Below, piece after piece: positions 59,966 to 64,000 of a stretch of 64,000 bases of DNA. The notes under the pieces are model-generated. The model searched no databases and had not been told where the DNA came from. It worked only from the letters and a program-made list of their open reading frames with translations. Numbering within the stretch: position 1 is the first letter of the stretch; each line of letters starts with the position of its first letter. The translations under genes and the position numbers were made by a program. Source of the stretch: an uncultured Phycisphaerae bacterium (GTDB lineage: Bacteria; Planctomycetota; Phycisphaerae; UBA1845; PWPN01); contig CALLOB010000037.1 in assembly GCA_938005315.1 (NCBI GenBank), positions 5,393 to 69,392 on the forward strand, written 5' to 3'.

Positions 59966-60613
59966 TTAACGCTCCTGGCCGGCGGCGTCCACCGGGGCGG
60001 TACCCGGCCTGCAGGAAATCTGCTGATACGTCGTGGCATAGCGCTCGAGCCATCCTTCGGCCGGCTCGAAGATCTCGATCAGCCGGTCCATGCAGGGGGC
60101 TTTGGCCCGGCTGTGCCAGTAATCCACCGAGAGCTCGGCCATGGCCTGCTCGCGGGACTGCTTCAGCACGGTCATGCGGTACAAGGCGGCGGCGGCTCCG
60201 GTCCGGTCGGCCCCTCCTTGGCAATGAATGAGGATCGGCCGTTCGGCCTGCGCAAGGGTCTCGATGAGCTGCGCCAGAAGCTCGGGAGCCGGCAGCTGCT
60301 GCGAGTTGAACGCCAGATCGACCAGGGCAACACCCTTGTCGCGGCAGACCGCCGCCTCGTCGCGGTACCACTTCTGGTCGGGATTGGCCCCCCGCAGGTT
60401 GACGACCGTGCGAATGCCGTACCTGTCCACAACCCAGGCCAGTGCCTCTCCCGAGAGCTGCGGCGAACGATAGGCCCGCCCCTCCTCGATGGCGTGGAAG
60501 TTCAGCAGGATGGGTGGCGCCGGCTTGTCGCCCTCGGTGCAGGCCGGCAACAGCACAGCCAGCACGCAGGCACGGGCTGCAATAACGGGGCCTGGTTTCA
60601 GAGTTCCGCGCAT
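59966..60613 (-). CDS. Lipoprotein tyrosine/dual-specificity phosphatase
   Basis: LLPAC lipobox, YRSPQ, TVVNLRG and HCQGGADRTG P-loop. Confidence 0.88.
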   Translation of the reverse strand: MRGTLKPGPVIAARACVLAVLLPACTEGDKPAPPILLNFHAIEEGRAYRSPQLSGEALAWVVDRYGIRTVVNLRGANPDQKWYRDEAAVCRDKGVALVDLAFNSQQLPAPELLAQLIETLAQAERPILIHCQGGADRTGAAAALYRMTVLKQSREQAMAELSVDYWHSRAKAPCMDRLIEIFEPAEGWLERYATTYQQISCRPGTAPVDAAGQER

Positions 60614-61042
60614 GCCACGAGCTTAGCTGCCCGTGGAACAGCTGGCAAACACACCCCTGCACGGCCCCCCCTGACAGGGCGGTGCGCAAGGATACCCCCG
60701 GAACCCTCCGGCGGCGTTCCGCCACCTCGGCCGGGCGACAAGAGGCAATGGGAAAACCCGGATTCCTGAGCTTATCACACACCCTCTGGAGAGCAGTGTC
60801 CACGTCCTTTCCCCCGGGCACTGTGCTTTTGCCCCTCGGGCGGCTATCATGCGCCAGGCGCACGATTGGCGCGCGGCGTGCCTGCTGCAGAAAACGGCGC
60901 CGCTTGGGCCCCCTGGGCGTCAGGGGCGGCAAGTCCGGCGGCGTGCCACGGCGCGAACCGACGGCCGTGCCGGCACCCGTTGGCGGGCAGGGGGCTCACC
61001 GGCTCAGATCGCGGCGCGCGGCGGCAGACGTTGACCCTGCTC

Positions 61043-62806
61043 ATGCCCCTGCTTTCATCGCTTTCGAGTTTCCTGGCATCGACCTTCCTGGGCTGCCTTC
61101 TGCTCATGCTGCTGGCGGCCGCCATGGCCGCGGCGACGGTCTATGAGACCGTCGCCGGCAGTGAAGCGGCCATGACCGCCTTCTACGGCTCGCCCTGGTT
61201 CGCCGGCCTGCTGGCGCTGCTGGGCATCAACCTTGCCGCCGGCCTGGCGGGCCATCGGGCGAGCCCCGCACGCCGGACCGCCTTTCTGGTCACCCACGCC
61301 TCCGTGATCGTCGTGCTGCTCGGCGCGGTGATGACCTGGGGCTGGAGCATCCGCGGCCAGATCACACTGGCGGAGGGAACGAGCACCGATCGCCTGGTGG
61401 TGGACCAGGAGCTGCTGCGCGTCGAGTCGGAAACCGCGGTGATCGCCGAGGTTCCCCTGCCGGCCGGCGCGTCGCGCGCCCGAACCGTCGATCTCATCCC
61501 GAGCGGGCCACCCGACGGCTCCGGATCGCGGCTGTCGGTGGCGCGCCGTCTGGCCGACAGCCGTACCGTTGAGCGGGTACTCCAGGACCCGGCCTCCAGC
61601 CGGCCGGCGCTGGAAGTCACGCTCGAGCACCGGGAAGAATCCTCCTCGGTGTGGATCTTTGCCGACGAAGCGGACTCCTCCGGCGGCCTGCCCGTGGCTT
61701 ACCGCCGGATCGACGACCAACGCGAGATGGCCCGGCTGCTGGGCGAGGATACGACCGGGCCGACCTCCGCCGGCGTCCTGCGCGTTGAGTGCGACGAACA
61801 GACCGTCGAACGCGCGGTAGAAGAATACATGTCCGCAGCAATCCCGCTCGGCCGGTCAGGCCGGGCCGTCAAGGTGCTTCGCTACCTGCCGCACGCCGTC
61901 GTGGGCGAGGATCGCCAGGTCGCAGACGGCGGAGACGGGCCGGCGAACCCGGCCGTGGAGGTCGAAATCCTGGGACCCGACGGTCCGACACGCCGCTGGG
62001 TCTTCGCCCGTTTCCCCGAATTCGACGCCATGCACGGTCGCGAGGAGAGGCTCCCGGTGCGCCTCCGCTTCATCGCCTCGCCGACCACCGCTCCCTCCAC
62101 GCCCATCGAGATTCTGCAAGGCCCCGACAAACGCCTCTTCGCGCGGTTCACCACGGGCACGCGGGAGGTCCGCATCGAGCCGCTGGCCGAGGGCCGGATG
62201 GTGCCGACCCCCTGGCCGGAACTGCGCCTCGGCGTCACGCGCTCGGTCGAGCAGGCTCGCCTGGAAACGAGTATCGAGGAGGTGAGGCCGCCGCGCCCCG
62301 ATCCCGTACCCGCACTGCGGCTGTCCGTCACCACGCCCCAGGGCCCGCGCGAAATCACCGTCCGCAAATACGCACCCGAGCATCTCGACATCGGACCGCG
62401 GCACTATCGCCTCGTCTACACCGACCGCCAGGTACCGTTGGGCTTCAATGTGGCTCTGCGGCAGTTCCAGGTTCGCACCTACCCCGGCAGCAGCCGGCCG
62501 CGGGCCTTCGAAAGCCGCATCGCCATCGCCGATCCCATCCGCGGCGACCAGCCGGAGGTGGTTGTCAGCATGAACCACCCTGCGGAACACGGAGGTTACA
62601 GCTTCTTCCAGTCCGGCTACGGCGGCGGCCAGGACGGCCGGCCCTTCACCAGTACCCTGAGCGTGTCGTGGGACCCCGGACGACCCGTGGCCTTCGCCGG
62701 TTACCTGGGCATGATCGCCGGCATGCTCATCGGACTTCTGCGCCGTCAGACGCTCGGTTCGACGGCCTCGACGGAGGCGGCCTCTCCGGCCGATGGCCGC
62801 TCATGA
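61043..62806 (+). CDS. Cytochrome c biogenesis protein ResB/Ccs1-like
   Basis: N-terminal TMs with FYGSPWF and THAS. C-terminal SMNHP...GGYSFFQSGY...LSVSWDPG + TM. Confidence 0.85.
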   Translation: MPLLSSLSSFLASTFLGCLLLMLLAAAMAAATVYETVAGSEAAMTAFYGSPWFAGLLALLGINLAAGLAGHRASPARRTAFLVTHASVIVVLLGAVMTWGWSIRGQITLAEGTSTDRLVVDQELLRVESETAVIAEVPLPAGASRARTVDLIPSGPPDGSGSRLSVARRLADSRTVERVLQDPASSRPALEVTLEHREESSSVWIFADEADSSGGLPVAYRRIDDQREMARLLGEDTTGPTSAGVLRVECDEQTVERAVEEYMSAAIPLGRSGRAVKVLRYLPHAVVGEDRQVADGGDGPANPAVEVEILGPDGPTRRWVFARFPEFDAMHGREERLPVRLRFIASPTTAPSTPIEILQGPDKRLFARFTTGTREVRIEPLAEGRMVPTPWPELRLGVTRSVEQARLETSIEEVRPPRPDPVPALRLSVTTPQGPREITVRKYAPEHLDIGPRHYRLVYTDRQVPLGFNVALRQFQVRTYPGSSRPRAFESRIAIADPIRGDQPEVVVSMNHPAEHGGYSFFQSGYGGGQDGRPFTSTLSVSWDPGRPVAFAGYLGMIAGMLIGLLRRQTLGSTASTEAASPADGRS

Positions 62807-64000
62807 ACCGCCTGATCTGTGCCGTGGTCGTATCGCTGGCCTCCGGGCAGCCCGACGGGCCCGCCGCCAGTGAGCCGGTGCTGCTTCTGGACCGCTGCCC
62901 CGAGGCGTTGCGGGCCGTTGTCGTCCAGCATGACGGCCGATGGATGCCCCTGGACACGCTGGCCCGCGATGTGGTGCACGGCGTCACCGGCACGACCCGC
63001 TTCCAGGGCCGCGATCCGGTCCTGCTTCTGCTGGCCTGGACGCTGGAATCGGACCGGTGGCGTGCCGCGCCGCTGATCCGCATCGCCTCGGTTGAACTGC
63101 GGCGGGAGCTCGGGCTGCCCTCCGATCGCCTGGCCTTCTCGTTCGCCGAACTGGCAGGTCATCAGCCGCTCATGAAGCTCGCGGCGGAGATGGAACGCCG
63201 CCAGGGTCCCGTGCGACTGAATCCCCTGGAATCGAAGGTCAACGACATCATGGAGCGCCTCGAGACGCTCCATCGCGTCTTCGCCGGCGAGGTGATCAGG
63301 CCCCTCCCGGCCGGGCCCGATCCTCAGGCCCGCTGGTGGACCGTGGACCGCCCGGAGCAGGGACAGCCCCGGACACCCGAGGCGGTGACGCGAGCCTGGG
63401 ACCTTCTTGCCGCCGCGTTTCTGTCCCGCGACCAGGCGATCCTGGACACCGCGGCCGGCGAACTGAAAGCCGCGCTGGACGCCCTGCCTGCCCCCTTTCG
63501 GCCGTCGGAACGCCAGATGCGCATCGAACTGCTCTACAACCGCCTGCAGCCCTTCCGGACGGGCTGGATCGTGCTGGCGGTCGCGCTGCTGCTCTGGGTC
63601 GTCGCGGCGGCCCGGCCCGGCCGATCGGCCGATGCGGCCGCGATGGTGGCTTCGGTCGGCGGATTCGTGGTTCTGACCGCCGGGCTGGCCATACGCTGGC
63701 GGATCGCCGGCCGGATCCCCGCGGCCAATATGTATGAATCGTTGCTCTTTCTTGCATGGGGAGCCTCACTGTTTGTGGTTCTGGCCGCAGCCCTCCGACA
63801 GAACCGCTTCGTGTCCCTTACGGCCGCGCTGGTCGGGGCGGTGTCGCTGTTCCTGGCGGATGTGCTGCCGCTCGACCCGTTCGTGCGGCCCATCGCGCCG
63901 GTGTTGATGGATACCGTCTGGATGACCATCCACGTGCCCGGCATCATGGCCGCCTACGCGGTGCTGGCCCTGGCGATGCTGATCGCCCACGCCCAGATGG
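62803..64000 (+). CDS. ccsA: Cytochrome c biogenesis protein CcsA/ResC (3' partial)
   Basis: Frame from ATG 62803 stays open to the window end. QHDGRWMPLDTLAR, RWRIAGRIPAANMYESL and PVLMDTVWMTIHVP motifs. Confidence 0.85.
   Translation, partial: MNRLICAVVVSLASGQPDGPAASEPVLLLDRCPEALRAVVVQHDGRWMPLDTLARDVVHGVTGTTRFQGRDPVLLLLAWTLESDRWRAAPLIRIASVELRRELGLPSDRLAFSFAELAGHQPLMKLAAEMERRQGPVRLNPLESKVNDIMERLETLHRVFAGEVIRPLPAGPDPQARWWTVDRPEQGQPRTPEAVTRAWDLLAAAFLSRDQAILDTAAGELKAALDALPAPFRPSERQMRIELLYNRLQPFRTGWIVLAVALLLWVVAAARPGRSADAAAMVASVGGFVVLTAGLAIRWRIAGRIPAANMYESLLFLAWGASLFVVLAAALRQNRFVSLTAALVGAVSLFLADVLPLDPFVRPIAPVLMDTVWMTIHVPGIMAAYAVLALAMLIAHAQM

Noticed and set aside
60620..61040. Possible ncRNA in the phosphatase/resB intergenic gap
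   Set aside because: No recognisable tmRNA, RNase P, SRP, 6S or riboswitch motifs. The hairpins are expected at this GC content.

Overview
High-GC bacterial chromosome segment, most likely a planctomycete (probably Phycisphaerae). This is inferred from a DUF1559/H-X9-DG prepilin-like protein, an ECF sigma + Ser/Thr kinase pair, a HYExAFE-like protein and a dockerin-tailed secreted protein. It is mostly housekeeping: aroB, an IDH-family enzyme, hemC, tilS, a MacAB-type exporter, an NtrBC-type two-component pair, hisS, asnA-asnS, rnr, bioB + ketosynthase, three tRNAs, queD-like, nth-like, lgt and system II cytochrome c biogenesis. The most notable non-ORF signals cluster at 30.2-32.2 kb. First, a 28-bp XerCD dif-like site (31227-31254) lies where gene polarity switches, suggesting the replication terminus. 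Second, another dif-like or operator site about 960 bp upstream brackets a wHTH gene. Third, a leader RNA with mutually exclusive stems and an intrinsic terminator (riboswitch/attenuator architecture) lies between a DUF2294 gene and a HesB-like / basic peptide / B12 radical SAM operon. Other items: a stand-alone FliA region-4 protein with an altered recognition helix, an AsnRS with a ~70-aa coiled-coil insert, three collapsed gene remnants (esterase, UroD-like, nrfH/nrfA), a small inverted-repeat-bounded element and REP-like palindromes. No CRISPR array, rRNA, integrase or transposase was seen. All family assignments come from motif recognition by eye, not from database searches.
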